Positions 9,489-19,449 of a stretch of DNA of 64,000 bases are shown piece after piece (within the stretch, counting starts at the first letter, position 1; every line of letters starts with the position of its first letter). Origin of the DNA: Candidatus Latescibacterota bacterium (GTDB lineage: Bacteria > Latescibacterota > UBA2968 > UBA8231); the NCBI GenBank assembly GCA_965215195.1, contig CBDCDC010000001.1, forward strand, positions 448,001 through 512,000, given 5' to 3'. The position numbers and the translations under genes are program-made. Below the pieces are notes generated by a model. The model did no database searches and was not told where the DNA came from. It saw only the letters and a program-made list of their open reading frames with translations.

Positions 9489-10370
9489 TTAGTCGCCGAA
9501 GTTATAGACAAAGGAAAGCCAGGGGATGGGAAATCCCTCTTTGACCACCTCGCCGACGATAATGGCACCTACATCAACAGCTATCTTGGAGCTGAGAAAG
9601 CGGAGGGCGAGGCCCAGTGGCTGTTGGTCAAGTTGGAAATCTCCGCCAGTAATGAGCCAGTTTTCCGAGACCAAGGCCATGCTCTTGGAGAGGCGAAGAT
9701 TGCCGCCGAGGAGGAGAACTGGGTGCTCGGCGAAATCCACATCCTCGCCTTCCTCGGCGATGTAGCCTAGGCCGATGCCGCAGGTGAAGCTCTTGTCGGG
9801 GGTGCCTTTGGTCCCGACCACAAAGGCCATACCGCCAGCATCGCCGGCGACATGCATATAGAGCACACCCGCGGAAAGGGCAACCTCGTCGCTAGCGTAG
9901 AGACCAAACTTGGGGGCCACTGACAGAACTTGGTCGTCCAACCCCAACCCCGGAATAAAGGACACGCCGCCGGACAAGGTAAAGTGGTCGGTGAGGCCGT
10001 AGGCCATGCCGGGGAAGAATACGTAGTGATTGAAAAAATAGCGATCCCCTCGGCGCAATGGCCTACCAGTAGGTGAGAACATCAGGCGGGAGTAGTTAGG
10101 GTCAGGACGGAAGAAGGCACCAGCATGGCGCTTTTCTATGGCCACGATGGATGCTCTCGGCACCTTTACTTCTAGGCCGGCGAGTGTCTCGACGAAGACG
10201 TAAGTTGCGGTCTCCTGAATGATGATGCCTTCGAGTTGGGTATCATCAACGAGGGAAATGGACACCAGCAAGTCGACGTGGGCGTCCCCACTATCGTGGG
10301 CGTGGCTGGCCGGCACTAACAGGACAGCGACTAACAACAGGGCGATGTTGAACAAGCGGAGGTTTTTCAT
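9489..10370 (-). CDS. Exported hypothetical protein, probable outer-membrane beta-barrel
   Basis: Signal peptide; alternating beta-strand pattern; ends IPWLSFVYNFGD. Confidence 0.6.
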   Translation of the reverse strand: MKNLRLFNIALLLVAVLLVPASHAHDSGDAHVDLLVSISLVDDTQLEGIIIQETATYVFVETLAGLEVKVPRASIVAIEKRHAGAFFRPDPNYSRLMFSPTGRPLRRGDRYFFNHYVFFPGMAYGLTDHFTLSGGVSFIPGLGLDDQVLSVAPKFGLYASDEVALSAGVLYMHVAGDAGGMAFVVGTKGTPDKSFTCGIGLGYIAEEGEDVDFAEHPVLLLGGNLRLSKSMALVSENWLITGGDFQLDQQPLGLALRFLSSKIAVDVGAIIVGEVVKEGFPIPWLSFVYNFGD

Positions 10371-10418
10371 TCGATGACTTTCCTAGCGGAACGCGAAGGC
10401 ACTCCGTTTTGCGCGGCC

Positions 10419-11231
10419 TCAGGCGCCCGCCAGAATGGGGTGCAGCGGATGGTCCCAAGGGCCGCCAGCTTCCATCTCGTCGGCCGCGCCAGCCGCGTCG
10501 TGGGTCCCGGTAAACGTGGTGTAGTCGGGCATGTAGATAATGGCGAATGCGCGGCGCGGCGCAGCGGTCTGGTTGGGACCGGCGTAGTGGAAGGTGCAGC
10601 CGTGGTGGAAGGTAACGCCGCCGGCTTGCATGTCCATGGTCACTGGCTCGGGCACGTCGTAGCCTCGTTCCTTCATTTTGGCGACAATGCTCTCGCCAGC
10701 GACGCCGAGTTTGATCGGTTCGAGCCGCTCGAATTGATGTGAGCCGGGCACAAAGTGAAGGCAGCCATTGTCTGAGGTCACGTCGTCCACCGCGATCCAC
10801 GCCGACAGCGCGCCGACCGGGTCCATCGGCCAATAGGGAGCGTCCTGGTGCCAGTTCGTTTCCTTGCTCGTTTGGCCGGGGGGCTTGATCATCGCGTGAT
10901 CGTGGTAGATGCGCACGTGGCGGCAGCCGCTCAAGCGGCGGGCGGTTTCGGCCAAGCGCGGATGAAAGGCAATTTCCTTGGCGGCCGGATAGTCGGTCCA
11001 GAGGTTGACCATTTGGTTGAAGACGCGCTCGTAGTCTTCCGACACGCGGCCATCCCGCTCGGCCCCTTTGATGCGAGCGCGATGCGTGGCGATGGCGTGG
11101 TCAATGGCTTGGCGCAGCGAGGCGATCTCCTCGGCGGAGAAGAAGTGTTCGTAGCGGATGTAGCCGTTTTGCTGGTAGAATTCGGCGTTGGCTGGCGTGG
11201 CCGGGCTAATGGCTTGGTTTGTTGTAGGCAT
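10419..11231 (-). CDS. Phytanoyl-CoA dioxygenase family protein
   Basis: WHQD, SAWIAVDD, NGCLHFVPGSH, FHYAGPN...PRRA. Confidence 0.9.
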   Translation of the reverse strand: MPTTNQAISPATPANAEFYQQNGYIRYEHFFSAEEIASLRQAIDHAIATHRARIKGAERDGRVSEDYERVFNQMVNLWTDYPAAKEIAFHPRLAETARRLSGCRHVRIYHDHAMIKPPGQTSKETNWHQDAPYWPMDPVGALSAWIAVDDVTSDNGCLHFVPGSHQFERLEPIKLGVAGESIVAKMKERGYDVPEPVTMDMQAGGVTFHHGCTFHYAGPNQTAAPRRAFAIIYMPDYTTFTGTHDAAGAADEMEAGGPWDHPLHPILAGA

Positions 11232-11286
11232 GAGGGCAAGACCTTAATTTTTGCGGTGTCAATCAAACATTCAACAGGGGTAGAAA

Positions 11287-11634
11287 ATGGCCGAAGTAAC
11301 GATGTACCACAACCCGCGATGTTCTAAAAGCCGGCAGACGTTGGCTCTATTGGCCGAGCAAGGCGTGGAGGCAAACGTCGTCGAGTACTTGCACACGCCG
11401 CCGGACGCCAAGACCCTAGACGAGCTTTTGCAAAAGCTGGGATTGGAACCCCGGGAACTCATGCGCACCAACGAGGACGAATACGAGGCGCTGGGGTTGG
11501 CCGAGGTGACGGAGCGGGCGCAGCTCATTCAGGCGATGGTGGAACACCCCATCCTGATCGAACGGCCGATCGTGGTCAAAGGGAACCAAGCGCGCATTGG
11601 GCGACCCCCGGAGCGAGTCTTAGACATTCTCTAA
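11287..11634 (+). CDS. arsC: ArsC family (glutaredoxin-type) arsenate reductase
   Basis: YHNPRCSKSR, LIERPIV, IGRPPE. Confidence 0.88.
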   Translation: MAEVTMYHNPRCSKSRQTLALLAEQGVEANVVEYLHTPPDAKTLDELLQKLGLEPRELMRTNEDEYEALGLAEVTERAQLIQAMVEHPILIERPIVVKGNQARIGRPPERVLDIL

Positions 11635-11635
11635 G

Positions 11636-12274
11636 ATGCTAAAACTGGGGTTTCTCGCCTCGCACACCGGATCGAATATGCAGGCGATCATCAATGCCTG
11701 TACAGCGGGGACGCTAGCGGCCGCGCCGCGCGTGGTGATTAGCAACAACTCGCAATCGGGTGCGCTGGCGCGGGCGCGGCAGGCGAACATGGCGGCGTAC
11801 CACCTGAGCGAGCGGACGCACGGCGAGGCACTGGGCGGGGCGATTCTGGCGGCGCTGCAACGGCACGGGGTCGAAGTGATTTGTCTGGCCGGATACATGA
11901 AAAAGTTAGGGGCGGAGGTTTTGGCGGCCTACGAAGGGCGGATTTTGAATATCCATCCCTCCCTGTTGCCCAAGTTCGGCGGGCAGGGCATGTACGGGAT
12001 GCGGGTCCACGAGGCCGTGTTGGCTGCTGGAGAGCGAGAGAGCGGGGCGACGGTCCACCTAGTGAATGAAGAATACGACCAAGGGCGGGTGCTGGCGCAG
12101 GAGAAGGTTCCGGTGAAAGCAGGGGACACGCCCGAGGCGTTGCAGGAGCGGGTGCTAGCAGTGGAACACCGGCTCTACGCAGCGACCCTCGCGCGGATCG
12201 CGGCCGGCGACCTAAAAATTGGAACGGTCGATCGTTTGGTCCTCAGCGATTCGCCTCCTTGCGCCCGCGCATGA
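11636..12274 (+). CDS. purN: Phosphoribosylglycinamide formyltransferase
   Basis: GSNMQAI, LAGYMK, NIHPSLLPKFGG, SGATVHLV, YDQG. Confidence 0.93.
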   Translation: MLKLGFLASHTGSNMQAIINACTAGTLAAAPRVVISNNSQSGALARARQANMAAYHLSERTHGEALGGAILAALQRHGVEVICLAGYMKKLGAEVLAAYEGRILNIHPSLLPKFGGQGMYGMRVHEAVLAAGERESGATVHLVNEEYDQGRVLAQEKVPVKAGDTPEALQERVLAVEHRLYAATLARIAAGDLKIGTVDRLVLSDSPPCARA

Positions 12275-13727
12275 TGCGCCGCAGGTGCCCGAGCTCTTCG
12301 ACGATGGTGCGGCGCTCTAGCAGCCCTAAAACGACCCCGTACGCCAACGCCATCATTCCACTCCGCAAGGCAAAATCGCCCGCGGCATAATCCAAGGCCC
12401 AACGGGCGTACGACCATCCACAAACAGCGGCTGCCAGCAATCCCGTGGCCGGCGCGGCCAGTACTTTGAACCAATTGACGCGCACATAGGCGCGCAGGCC
12501 AACGCACAGGCCGAGAAAGCCCGTGCCGGCCACCGCGCCCATGCCGTACGCCACGCCCTCCGTGCCCCACAACATGCCCAGCGCCGGGACGGCAAAAAGG
12601 GCCACTACCCCCTGCACCCCCACTATGTACGCGGACCGGCGCGTTGCCCCTACGGCCCACAGCAGGCCAAATCCATCGCTGAGCAACGGACGCAAAAGCG
12701 CATACGCTGCGAGCCAAACCACAATGGGCGCCGACGCGGCCCACTGTTCTCCCAAGAGGGCGGTTATTTCGCGGGCATTGAAGACCAAAATCAGGGACAC
12801 CGGGGCCGACACCCTCAGCACTAGGCTGATCATCTTGGAGAACAATTCGCCCAGTCGCTCGCGCTCGTGCCGATACCGCGAGTACAGGGTACTGCTGTAA
12901 TTGAGGATGATATGCGCGATGACCGCAGTGGGGATCTGCACCAGCCACCACGCCGTCTCGTAGAGCGCGAGCGCCGTATCGCCGGCGACCAAGCGCACGA
13001 CCAGCTTGTCGTACCACCAAATAAAGACCTGCAGTACCCAACCCACCCAGATCCACACACCATAGCCCAATAAGCGGCGCGCCCAAACCCAATCGAAGCG
13101 CAAAGAAGCGCGGCGCAGGGGGCGGCTGTACCAAGTGGCAGCGGAAAAAAACAGCACGTACACCACGCTGAGCACCGAGTACGTAGTCCACCCGCCCAAT
13201 ATCAGGCTCCACTCTTCCCACCCGGCGCGAGCCGCCAGCAGTGCGCTGCTCAGGGCCAACAGGGTCCCCAGCCCGTGCAACAGGGAGAGCCGCCCAAACT
13301 CAAAATCCATTCTGAGCAGGGCCTCTGAAGTCAGGGTCAGTTGGCGCACAAAGTGCAGCGCCGCCAGCACCCACGCGACTTGGGCGAAGGTCCAGGAAAA
13401 ATCCGCTGGAAAGAGCAACGCCAAGGCCAAGACGACCCCACTGCTGAACATACACGACAGCAAGGTAATGCACGCGTTCAGCGCAAAGTGCGTACCGACG
13501 AATTCTTCGACTCGGTCCTGGAAGTGCAACAGCGCGTGTATCAGGCCAAATTCGCGCAGGCTGGACAGCATGGTAAAGACCGTCACGCCCAAAAACACAT
13601 CGGCGAAAACGCTGGGTTCGAGCTGCCTTTTGATCAAGACCGTCAGCCCCACGCTGCACAGCCTCGCGGCATAGCCCGTGCCCAAGGTATAGAAAAACCC
13701 CTTGAACATCTTTTGCGGAGTAATCAT
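12243..13727 (-). CDS. Wzx/PST-family oligosaccharide flippase
   Basis: Many TM helices; LREFGLIHAL, LLRMDFEF, YDKLVV, ALYETAW. Confidence 0.75.
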   Translation of the reverse strand: MITPQKMFKGFFYTLGTGYAARLCSVGLTVLIKRQLEPSVFADVFLGVTVFTMLSSLREFGLIHALLHFQDRVEEFVGTHFALNACITLLSCMFSSGVVLALALLFPADFSWTFAQVAWVLAALHFVRQLTLTSEALLRMDFEFGRLSLLHGLGTLLALSSALLAARAGWEEWSLILGGWTTYSVLSVVYVLFFSAATWYSRPLRRASLRFDWVWARRLLGYGVWIWVGWVLQVFIWWYDKLVVRLVAGDTALALYETAWWLVQIPTAVIAHIILNYSSTLYSRYRHERERLGELFSKMISLVLRVSAPVSLILVFNAREITALLGEQWAASAPIVVWLAAYALLRPLLSDGFGLLWAVGATRRSAYIVGVQGVVALFAVPALGMLWGTEGVAYGMGAVAGTGFLGLCVGLRAYVRVNWFKVLAAPATGLLAAAVCGWSYARWALDYAAGDFALRSGMMALAYGVVLGLLERRTIVEELGHLRRIMRGRKEANR

Positions 13728-13733
13728 CTGTTG

Positions 13734-15134
13734 CTAGCGGGCCGCGCCGCATCGGTAGTCGTGCGGGTCGCCGAGGCGGGCTTGCAGCGCGTTGGGAGTC
13801 ATGCCACTGTGGCGCTGGACCCAGTCGACCTCGTCGGCCAGTGTGCAGTCGAAAAGGCCGGGATCGTCGGCCCCAATGGCCAGTCGGACATCCGAGGCCA
13901 AGAAGCGATGCACCGGATGATCTTTGGCGTCGGGCACGGCCCCGATGCGCAAGTTGGAGGTCGGACAAGTCTCTACCACGGTGCCCAGCGCGGCCAAGCG
14001 GCTGAGCGCGAAGTCCTGCCGCCGGCGCACCGCTTGGAGGCGCGGGGGATCGTATGCGCGGCAAACGAGCGCATCGCCGGGCCTGCCCGAGAGATTTCCC
14101 CGCTCCCTCAGCAGGGCTTGGGCATCGACCGGGACGCCGCAGTCCTGCAATGCGACCTCGTGGTGCAAGTCGTAGGCAATCTGGGCCAAGCGTTCGCTGA
14201 CCCGCTCGCATTCGTGGGCTTGGGGCCGGCGGGCCACGGCAACCTCCGGGTCGAGCCCGAGCGCCGTGCAGTGCCCCAAGCGGCGCGCACCTAGCTCGGC
14301 CGCTTCGTGGCACCAGCGCACCGCGCTTTCGAGCGATTTGTCGAAGTACACTTCGCCCACGTGATAGGCCACGTCGAGGGCGCGCTCCGGGCGCAGCTCG
14401 TTGTCGCGGCGCAAACGGCGGAAGAAGGCGCGGGTGCGGGCGGGCGGGTAGCCCTCCTCAAAGTGGCAGAAGTCGAGGCCGACGACCGCGGGGATCAAAT
14501 CCTCGTTTTCGTCGAGCAGGCGTTGAACCAATTTGTAGCATTCGAGCGGTGCCCAGCGCGGCAAGCTGATGAGGTAGCGCGCCTCAAAGTCTGCGGTAGA
14601 GGCTTGTTGCAGGAAGCGAGCGATGAGCTGGTGAAACTGCACGAAGGCTTCGGGCTGAGCGTGATCGTAGGGCGCCATCACCCGATATTCGACGTAGCGC
14701 AGGCCCTCGCGGCGATGGTGGGCCAAGACGCGCCGCCAGATCTCCTCCGATTTGTCTAATCCCTTCCACCAATGGCGATAGATGCAGATGGCCATGTTGA
14801 ACTTGGCTTGGAAGCGAGCGAAGTCGCCGCCGTCGTCAACCCCGTACACGTAGTGCGCCTCAATGGGGTCGAGGCACTGGGTGTGGAGGGCCTCGCCGAA
14901 GAGCGCGACCGGGTCGGGCCGCTTGCCATACGCTCGTTCAAAGCTATCGACAAAGAGGGACCAATCAATTTTCTCGTAGTAATCGCGGCCCAACGCTAGG
15001 AGGTCGGCGGCAAAGAGGCCGCCGTAGAGGTGGACGTGCAGCTCGCAGGTCTTGGCGGCTTGGAGGGGGGGCTGGCCGTCGCTAAATGGTAAAACGAGTG
15101 CCCTAGTAGAGTGTACCATGACTCCCTTTGCCAC
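13734..15134 (-). CDS. Adenosine/AMP deaminase-like amidohydrolase
   Basis: ELHVHLYG, YVEYR, VGLDF, YHVGE, RLGH, ETCPTSN, ADDPGLF. Confidence 0.8.
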   Translation of the reverse strand: MAKGVMVHSTRALVLPFSDGQPPLQAAKTCELHVHLYGGLFAADLLALGRDYYEKIDWSLFVDSFERAYGKRPDPVALFGEALHTQCLDPIEAHYVYGVDDGGDFARFQAKFNMAICIYRHWWKGLDKSEEIWRRVLAHHRREGLRYVEYRVMAPYDHAQPEAFVQFHQLIARFLQQASTADFEARYLISLPRWAPLECYKLVQRLLDENEDLIPAVVGLDFCHFEEGYPPARTRAFFRRLRRDNELRPERALDVAYHVGEVYFDKSLESAVRWCHEAAELGARRLGHCTALGLDPEVAVARRPQAHECERVSERLAQIAYDLHHEVALQDCGVPVDAQALLRERGNLSGRPGDALVCRAYDPPRLQAVRRRQDFALSRLAALGTVVETCPTSNLRIGAVPDAKDHPVHRFLASDVRLAIGADDPGLFDCTLADEVDWVQRHSGMTPNALQARLGDPHDYRCGAAR

Positions 15135-15188
15135 GCCGGGCGACGAATGCAGTTGCCGGTCGTGCAGAAATTACGCTACGACTGCCGC

Positions 15189-16205
15189 CTACTCTAGCGC
15201 CGGCATATCGACCGCGTCGTCTCGCCGCTCGTGCATGTTCGCTTCCATGGCCTCTGGATAGCGATGCGGGAGGTACGAGACTTCGTCGAGCCGGGCGCGG
15301 GCCTCGTCTGGGAGGCAAAAGCGGCCGGCGAGCATGTTGTCCCGCGCCTGCTCGGCGGTGCGTGCGCCGATGATGACCGAGGTGATGGCCGGTTGTTCCA
15401 ACACCCAACGCAGGGCGACTTGGGCCGGCGAGCGGCCCATTTCGTCGGCTACCGCTAGGAGCGTCTCTAAGGTGTCGTCGGCATTGGCGGCAAAATAGCT
15501 TTGCGGGTAAGCCCACGCATCGGCGGAACGGGTGCCGGCCAAGGTGCGCTCGCCGGGCTTGTACTTGCCAGAGAGCAAGCCGCCGCCGAGCGGACTCCAC
15601 ACCACCACGCCGAGGCCCTTGAGCTGGCAGACGGGAATCAGCTCCTGCTCAATGTCGCGCACGACCAAGCTGTATTGCGGTTGGTAGCACTCAAAGCGGG
15701 CCAACCCATTCGCGTCCGAAATCCACAACGCCTCCATCAAGCGCCACGCTTGGTAATTGGAACAGGCCATATAGCGCACCTTGCCTTGGCGGACCAAATC
15801 GTCGAGGGTGCGCAACATTTCCTCCAAAGGGGTCTGGGTATCCACGTGGTGAATGTAGTAGAGGTCGATGTGATCCATCTGCAACCTCCGCAAGCTGTCT
15901 TCGACGGCGTTCATAATGCGCACCCGCGACATCCCCGAGTCGTTGGGACCCGGCCCCATAGGGTTGAAGAACTTGGTAGCGACGACCGCATCGCGGCGAC
16001 GGCCCTTGAGCACCTTGCCGGTGATGACCTCGGACTCGCCGCCGCCATACGAATCGGCCGTGTCGAAGAAATTGATCCCTGCGTCAAACGCCAGATCGAC
16101 GATTCGCTTGGCCTCCTGCTCGTCGGTGCTGTGGCCAAAGGTCATGGTGCCAAGGCAAACTTCCGATACTTTGAGGCCGGTGCGGCCCATTCTGCGATAT
16201 TCCAT
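15189..16205 (-). CDS. Aldo/keto reductase
   Basis: GLKVSEVCLGTMTFG, FDTADSY, IDLYYIH, WSPLGGGLL. Confidence 0.93.
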   Translation of the reverse strand: MEYRRMGRTGLKVSEVCLGTMTFGHSTDEQEAKRIVDLAFDAGINFFDTADSYGGGESEVITGKVLKGRRRDAVVATKFFNPMGPGPNDSGMSRVRIMNAVEDSLRRLQMDHIDLYYIHHVDTQTPLEEMLRTLDDLVRQGKVRYMACSNYQAWRLMEALWISDANGLARFECYQPQYSLVVRDIEQELIPVCQLKGLGVVVWSPLGGGLLSGKYKPGERTLAGTRSADAWAYPQSYFAANADDTLETLLAVADEMGRSPAQVALRWVLEQPAITSVIIGARTAEQARDNMLAGRFCLPDEARARLDEVSYLPHRYPEAMEANMHERRDDAVDMPALE

Positions 16206-16234
16206 TATATATAGCTCCTATCACTTTATTCGCT

Positions 16235-17428
16235 TCAGGCGTTAAGTCCCTCAAATATCTGTCCGGCGAGGTGGTAAGCCAATATCGGCGGGACTGCGTT
16301 TCCCACTTGAGTAAATTGCCTCGCCGGAGATACAGTAAAAACAAAGTCGTCTGGGAATGTTTGTAGGCGAGCGCACTTTCTTACAGACATAGTCCGGGGT
16401 ATATGGGGGTGCAGATGCGACCGTCCACCACCCTTAGTGCCGCCAGCAATGACCGTCTTTGAGGGTAGCATCGGGTTCAGCCTATCCACCCTGCCTAATT
16501 TGTCCCTCTTTCCATAATCCAATTTCATGTATCTTTCAATCGACTCTGCCTTATGCTCTCTGGTTTCGTTGTTGTCTAAACTATCTACCGACTTCTCTAA
16601 TGCTTTACCACACGGTACCGTAGAAAATTGCTTCTGCGGGAATTGGAAAGAACCATCTAAGATCCCGACGATAAATACGCGCCACCTATTCTGAGGAATA
16701 AAGAAATTAGCTGCATTCAGTAGAGTGGGTTTTTCTACTGTATATCCTAGCCCTGCTAGAATCTGACACGCTTCAGATACTTGACGACCACCGTCTAGCG
16801 TTAGTAAGCCTTCCACATTTTCAATCAAAAATGCCTTCGGCCTAAATATCTTAACGAGAAATATGTAATCGAAAAGGAGACTTCCGTAACCTTCGTGATT
16901 GAAACCTGTTCTTTTGAATTTTTTTCCACTCTTTGAAAACCTCTGATTAGCAGCGATACTAAAGGGTTGGCAAGGCGGACCTCCGACAAAAATACCTGAA
17001 AAATTTTCTTTAATACCGATACTCTTCAGTATATCTATAATCGTATCAGTATCCTTGACATCACCATTGTATTCAGGAGGTCCAATGACGGTTGTAGAAA
17101 AATTGTCGCGCAACGTATTGCAGAAAATTTCGCTAATCTCTATCATTGCTACCGTTTTGAATCCAGCGAACTCAAATCCTAAGTCGAGACCGCCGCATCC
17201 AGAGAAAAAACTTACTAGCGGCATGTCTTTTTTATGTTTCTTAAAATCACTAAGTGTTTTGTACTCTAAGCTAGATTCAGAAAATAGATTATTTATTCTT
17301 CTATTGTTTTTATAAACTAATGAATCATAGTTCAACCCTAGCTTTTTTAACTCTGAAGAGAGTTTCTTAGAGTGAGTCCTACAGTATTCTAAAAGTTCGC
17401 TCTGCTCATTTACTTTTAGTTTTCTCAT
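16235..17428 (-). CDS. DNA (cytosine-5)-methyltransferase
   Basis: FFSGCGG, GGPPCQPF, ENV, QNRWR, ARLQTFPD, QVGNAVPP; AT-rich. Confidence 0.92.
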   Translation of the reverse strand: MRKLKVNEQSELLEYCRTHSKKLSSELKKLGLNYDSLVYKNNRRINNLFSESSLEYKTLSDFKKHKKDMPLVSFFSGCGGLDLGFEFAGFKTVAMIEISEIFCNTLRDNFSTTVIGPPEYNGDVKDTDTIIDILKSIGIKENFSGIFVGGPPCQPFSIAANQRFSKSGKKFKRTGFNHEGYGSLLFDYIFLVKIFRPKAFLIENVEGLLTLDGGRQVSEACQILAGLGYTVEKPTLLNAANFFIPQNRWRVFIVGILDGSFQFPQKQFSTVPCGKALEKSVDSLDNNETREHKAESIERYMKLDYGKRDKLGRVDRLNPMLPSKTVIAGGTKGGGRSHLHPHIPRTMSVRKCARLQTFPDDFVFTVSPARQFTQVGNAVPPILAYHLAGQIFEGLNA

Positions 17429-17491
17429 CTTGCAACACCTGACTTTGCCTTATAATACACAGAAATGGCTGTGTTTTTGTCCGGGAAATCC

Positions 17492-17803
17492 TCAATAGAA
17501 TTTTCTTTTAGCCAAAAAACTATTGGAATCAACAAAGTGCTTGCAGATGTTGCTTACCGCGAGACGATCTTCTGCCTCGTAAGCAAGGAGAGAGGATGAG
17601 AATACGCGCTTATAGTTCCTCCAAACCTTATAACCACTTGGACTAAATGGTAATCCAGTAACACCCATCAGGTGATCGCGTATTGGATCGTCTCCGCTCA
17701 GTTCGATTCCATCTAATGTACAGAGGGCATTGGCAATTAGTGCAATGTTACTAAACCTAAAGTAGTCAAGCCGTCCTTGGTCCCATCTCCACTGAGTAAC
17801 CAT
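17492..17803 (-). pseudogene. Truncated partner gene upstream of the methyltransferase, probably a restriction endonuclease N-terminus
   Basis: Same AT-rich islet and strand; RBS GGAGAG; only 103 aa with an abrupt end and no nuclease motif. Confidence 0.5.
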
Positions 17804-17859
17804 GCAAAATCTCTCCAGTTATACGGTTTCGTTGAGAAAATCCGCCACTGACAATCGCG

Positions 17860-18219
17860 TTACAACGACTCAAAAAACGTAACCCCGTTTCCGTCCAAGT
17901 CGAGAATGGTGAATTCCTTCGTCCCCCAAGGCGCTGCTTGCAGCGAACTGTGCGGGTGAATCACATCTTGGCCCTGATATTCTGCGTAGAGCGGCTCGAT
18001 GTTTTCCACCTCAACGCGGCAGGCGGTTTTTTCAGGGATGCTCTTATCATCGCATAGCCACAGGTGGATCTCGACCGCGCCGCGCCGTACGCCGGCGTAG
18101 TCCTCTGTTTGGAACAGCTCGGTGAACCCCAGCCGCTGGACGTAGAAGGCAACCGCGTTGGCAATGTTTAGTGCGGCCTGTCTGGGAACCGCCGAGCGAA
18201 ATACAGTCTGTGCTGACAT
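17860..18219 (-). CDS. Glyoxalase/bleomycin resistance (VOC) protein
   Basis: AVAFYVQRLGF, PWGTKEFTILDLDGN. Confidence 0.88.
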   Translation of the reverse strand: MSAQTVFRSAVPRQAALNIANAVAFYVQRLGFTELFQTEDYAGVRRGAVEIHLWLCDDKSIPEKTACRVEVENIEPLYAEYQGQDVIHPHSSLQAAPWGTKEFTILDLDGNGVTFFESL

Positions 18220-18234
18220 TGCGTTCTCCTCTGG

Positions 18235-19437
18235 TTAAACAGCTTCCCGCTGATAGTACTCCGCGAGGATCTGGGCCACTTCTGGCCGCGCAAACTCCGG
18301 CGGCAGGGCCTCGCCGGCAGCGAGTTTCTCGCGGACTTGGGTCCCCGACAGGAACAGGTACGCGTCGCCGTCGTGCGGGCAGTCGCGCATCATCACCACC
18401 TCGCTGCATTCCTTGCACCAGACGGTGTGATCGCCGCGGAAAATTTCGATTTCGAGGGCGTCGCCAAGGGCGTCGAAAATGGTCTGCGCGTCAAACGCTC
18501 CGTAGTAATCGCCAACGCCCGCGTGGTCGCGGCCCACGATCAGGTGCGTACAGCCGCTGTTCTGGCGGAAGATGGCGTGCAGCACGGCCTCGCGCGGACC
18601 GGCGTAGAGCATGTCGAAGCCATAGCCGGCGATCATCACCGCGTTTTCCGGGAAGTAGAGCTCGACCATCTTGCGGATGGAAGCGTCGCGCACGTCGGCC
18701 GGGATGTCGCCGGCCTTGAGCTTGCCCAGCAGCATGTGGATGAGGATGCCATCGGCCTCAACGGCCTGCTGCGCCATGCGGCACAACTCTTCGTGGGCGC
18801 GGTGCATGGGGTTGCGGGTCTGGAAGGCCACAACCCGATCCCAACCGCGCTCGGCGATCTCGGCGCGCAACTCGACCGCGGTGCGGAAGGTCGCGGGAAA
18901 GTCCCCGGGGAAGTACGAGAAGTTGAGCACCTCAATGGGCCCGGCGATGAGGGTGTCGCCCGCGGCCTTGAAAGCAGCGACCCCGGGATGGGCGGCGGCG
19001 TCCGTGCCAAAGACTTGGAAAATGATGGCGGCGCACTCCGCATCCGAGAGCGCTTCGACCGCAGTCACTTCCTGTATGGCGAGGGCGGGATTGCCTTCTA
19101 CATTGGGATCCAACAGGGCGATGCGGCTGCCGGGACCGATGTCAGCGGGAACCTGAGCGCCGGGGACCATGTTGACGACCGGGGTGGGCCACAGCAGGCC
19201 ATCGGCCGCGTGCATGTTGGCAGCCACGCTCTTGGCGGCGGTGGCGTCCATAAAACCTGTAAGCGGGGTAAAATACCCCGAGCCGAGCATGACGGCTGAG
19301 GATGCTGCGGCCGAAGAGACGACTACAGAGGGCAGGTTCGCGGCTTCTTTTAGAAGCTGGGTGCGCACTGCATCGTCTTCGACGTAGAGCGGTTTGAGTT
19401 CTTCTGCGCCGTGGGGCTTAATCACAGTATTCTCCAT
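18235..19437 (-). CDS. sat: Sulfate adenylyltransferase
   Basis: AFQTRNPMHRAHE, YAGPREAVLHA, IVGRDHAGVG. Confidence 0.95.
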   Translation of the reverse strand: MENTVIKPHGAEELKPLYVEDDAVRTQLLKEAANLPSVVVSSAAASSAVMLGSGYFTPLTGFMDATAAKSVAANMHAADGLLWPTPVVNMVPGAQVPADIGPGSRIALLDPNVEGNPALAIQEVTAVEALSDAECAAIIFQVFGTDAAAHPGVAAFKAAGDTLIAGPIEVLNFSYFPGDFPATFRTAVELRAEIAERGWDRVVAFQTRNPMHRAHEELCRMAQQAVEADGILIHMLLGKLKAGDIPADVRDASIRKMVELYFPENAVMIAGYGFDMLYAGPREAVLHAIFRQNSGCTHLIVGRDHAGVGDYYGAFDAQTIFDALGDALEIEIFRGDHTVWCKECSEVVMMRDCPHDGDAYLFLSGTQVREKLAAGEALPPEFARPEVAQILAEYYQREAV

Positions 19438-19449
19438 TGGTTAGTGCGT

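Noticed and set aside
11287-11634. Arsenic resistance operon
   Set aside because: No arsR, arsB or acr3; the gene is coupled to purN like a housekeeping ArsC-family gene
18235-19437. Dissimilatory sulfur metabolism
   Set aside because: sat stands alone; no apr, qmo, dsr or sox genes nearby
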